Positions 30,397 through 32,000 of a stretch of 32,000 bases of DNA are shown in pieces. Numbering within the stretch: position 1 is the stretch's first letter; every line of letters starts with the position of its first letter. A program made the translations under genes and the position numbers. The DNA comes from Microcystis aeruginosa NIES-843 (GTDB taxonomy: Bacteria > Cyanobacteriota > Cyanobacteriia > Cyanobacteriales > Microcystaceae), in the NCBI RefSeq assembly GCF_000010625.1, contig NC_010296.1, positions 3,300,001 to 3,332,000 on the forward strand. Direction: 5' to 3'. A model generated the notes under the pieces. It was not told where the DNA came from. It searched no databases and worked only from the letters and a program-made list of their open reading frames with translations.

Positions 30397-30542
30397 TTAT
30401 TTTCTCGCTTTGCGGACAGTACCCCCTAGTAGCATTAAACCGCCCAGTGTGATATAACCAAGAACACCCGTAGGTTCGGGGACACCCACAGCAGCAGAAG
30501 CGACGGTCAACAAATGCCGAGAGATTTTTTGAGATTATTCAT
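30397..30542 (-). pseudogene. frameshifted minimal PEP-CTERM protein remnant
   Basis: The minus strand gives MNNLKKSLGIC* in one frame. The next frame gives LTVASAAVGVPEPTGVLGYITLGGLMLLGGTVRKARK*, which has a PEP motif, a TM segment and a basic tail. The span is 146 nt, not a multiple of three. Confidence 0.45.
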
Positions 30543-30572
30543 ACATTGAATAATTGGCTCTACGAATAAAGT

Positions 30573-30677
30573 TAAGTAGTCGTGCAAAATTAATTTCCTA
30601 GTGAAGATAGGCAAGAGGCAAGAGGCAAGAGGCAAGAGGTGGTTAGATATGTGTAATTAATTTTGCTTAGGTACTTA
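30573..30677. mobile_element. ~105-bp MITE-like repeat, copy B, with (GGCAAGA)x4
   Basis: Reverse-complement match to 16569-16673. The heptamer tract at 30610-30637 is perfect here and degenerate in copy A. Confidence 0.6.
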
Positions 30678-30936
30678 TGTGTAGATTTTAGAAGCAATTT
30701 GATTGAAGTCAACATAAAACTAGAGGATTTTACTCTATCATTAACTTATTTTAATTTTCGATGTACCTAGGATTTGCTGAATAAATCTAACAACCTTGTT
30801 GGATAAGGTTTTTAGACTTTTTTTCCCTCAAAAAGTGCCGACCATTGGAGTGATTGGGGGGAAAATTCCGGGACTTTTTCCCTGAAAATTAGGTAATTGA
30901 CCACCTGAAAATCGGTAAAACCCCACACCCCACCTG

Positions 30937-30956
30937 CCCCCCCGATGTCGGGGGGG
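30937..30956. repeat. C7-GATGTC-G7 palindrome within a C/G-run-rich spacer
   Basis: CCCCCCCGATGTCGGGGGGG, flanked by further C-runs (30921-30936) and G-runs (30957-30966). Same core as in 28392-28489. Confidence 0.6.
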
Positions 30957-31100
30957 TTGGGGGGGCCACACCCTACCCCCACGAAAAACTTTTTGCCGCA
31001 AACCCTACCTACACCCTACTAGACTACTGGTCTGTCAAAGTTGGAAATTGATGGATACAATTTAGTTAATTTGATCCGAGCATCGACCGTAATAAAATCT

Positions 31101-32000
31101 ATGGAATTTATCGCTGTTTTACTGGGAGTTTTCGGTTTAGGCACAGGTGCGGGTTTATTAGTCATCCGTAACTATTACCATATCTGTCAACCGAGCGAAG
31201 TCTTAATTTTTGCCGGCAGTCGTCGTCCCACGGCCACGGGCAAAACCATCGGTTATCGTTTGGTAAAAGGGGGCAGCAGTATTCGTTTACCTATGCTAGA
31301 ACAAGTGTATCGAATGGACCTGACCAACATGATCATCGATCTCAGGGTGGTTAATGCCTATTCTAAGGGCGGTGTGCCGTTGATCGTCACCGGGGTGGCG
31401 AATATTAAAATTGCCGGGGAAGAACCGATTATTTATAATGCGATCGAGCGTTTATTGGGCAAGAAACGCAAGGAAATCGAACAATTGGCTAAAGAAACCC
31501 TAGAGGGCAATTTGCGCGGTGTCTTGGCCAATTTAACCCCAGAACAAGCGAACTCCGATCAGATCGCTTTCGCTAAAAGTCTCCTGGAAGAAGCGGAACA
31601 GGATCTAGAAAAATTGGGTTTAGTTTTGGATAGTTTGCAGATCCAGAATATCTCCGATGAGGTGCGTTATCTCGATTCGATCGGACGGAAGCAAAAAGCC
31701 GAATTACAGAGAGATGCCCGGATAGCAGAAGCAAAAGCCCGAAAAACATCGATTATCAAGGATTCCGAGAATCTACGCCTAACCGCTTTGCGTCGTATCC
31801 AAAAAGATTTAGAAATAGCCAAAGCTGACGCAGAAAAACGGGTGCGCGACACTCAAACTAAGCGTGGCGCCATGATTGCTGAGGTAGAATCGGTGGTTAT
31901 GTCGGATTTAGCTAAAGTACAGGCCGAAGTGGCGGTACAAAACGCCCGAATTAAGCAGGTGAAACAGCAATTACAAGCAGATGTGATCGCCCCTGCGGCA
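31101..32000 (+). CDS. flotillin-like SPFH/band-7 domain protein (3' end outside window)
   Basis: Hand translation from ATG 31101 is open to the window end. N-terminal TM helix MEFIAVLLGVFGLGTGAGLLVI, an SPFH core (VLIFAGS...YRLVKGGSSIRLPMLEQVYRMDLTNM...VANIKI), then an A/E/K/Q-rich flotillin-type coiled coil. It is absent from the ORF track because it has no stop in the window. Confidence 0.85.
   Translation, partial: MEFIAVLLGVFGLGTGAGLLVIRNYYHICQPSEVLIFAGSRRPTATGKTIGYRLVKGGSSIRLPMLEQVYRMDLTNMIIDLRVVNAYSKGGVPLIVTGVANIKIAGEEPIIYNAIERLLGKKRKEIEQLAKETLEGNLRGVLANLTPEQANSDQIAFAKSLLEEAEQDLEKLGLVLDSLQIQNISDEVRYLDSIGRKQKAELQRDARIAEAKARKTSIIKDSENLRLTALRRIQKDLEIAKADAEKRVRDTQTKRGAMIAEVESVVMSDLAKVQAEVAVQNARIKQVKQQLQADVIAPAA

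Noticed and set aside
22647-30637. Possible CRISPR array among the short tandem repeats (TCAGTTA, TAACTGA, GGCAAGA tracts)
   Set aside because: The units are 7 bp and contiguous, with no spacers. No 25-40 bp repeat/spacer periodicity or cas genes occur anywhere in the window.
31667-31852. 61-aa minus ORF
   Set aside because: Antisense to the flotillin-like gene, which is open across the whole region.

Overview
The window looks like a cyanobacterial chromosome segment, probably Microcystis-like. Evidence for that: psbN, carboxysomal ccaA, ictB, GCGATCGC (HIP1) palindromes and a very high load of MITEs. Housekeeping blocks are repeatedly broken by mobile DNA.

From left to right:
1. A GH38 alpha-mannosidase 3' end.
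2. A diverged ~1.1-1.2 kb tandem duplication. It produced a second psbN and a C-terminally truncated, chimeric copy of the beta-carbonic anhydrase ccaA.
3. The conserved rplS / tRNA-Trp / secE-nusG-rplK-rplA block. It ends abruptly after rplA at a ~3.2 kb mobile insertion: a MITE, a brnT-type toxin gene split by an IS1380-family element, and a duplicated rplA tail plus terminator.
4. ribF, then a secreted-protein/small-protein pair, then a MoxR ATPase.
5. Two leaderless cell-wall hydrolases: a GH75-like protein with SH3b, and a glucosaminidase-PG-binding-amidase lysin.
6. ictB and a ThDP-dependent 2-keto-acid decarboxylase.
7. An accessory stretch from 20.6 to 30.3 kb. It holds orphan dndD-dndE, the three-gene cassette described next, a SagB-type double-nitroreductase protein, a frameshifted HigB-like toxin with an intact antitoxin, and a Uma2 endonuclease.
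8. A flotillin/SPFH gene that runs off the right edge.

The best candidate for something undescribed is the operon at 23285-26498, bounded by MITE sequence on both sides. It encodes a heme-oxygenase-like di-iron oxidase fused to a cupin, a SAM methyltransferase, and a TauD/TfdA-type Fe(II)/2OG oxygenase. The enzyme logic resembles SznF/SznE-type N-oxygenation and N-N bond chemistry, and I cannot map it to a known cyanobacterial pathway.

No rRNA gene or CRISPR array was seen. All family assignments come from motif recognition by eye, not from database searches.
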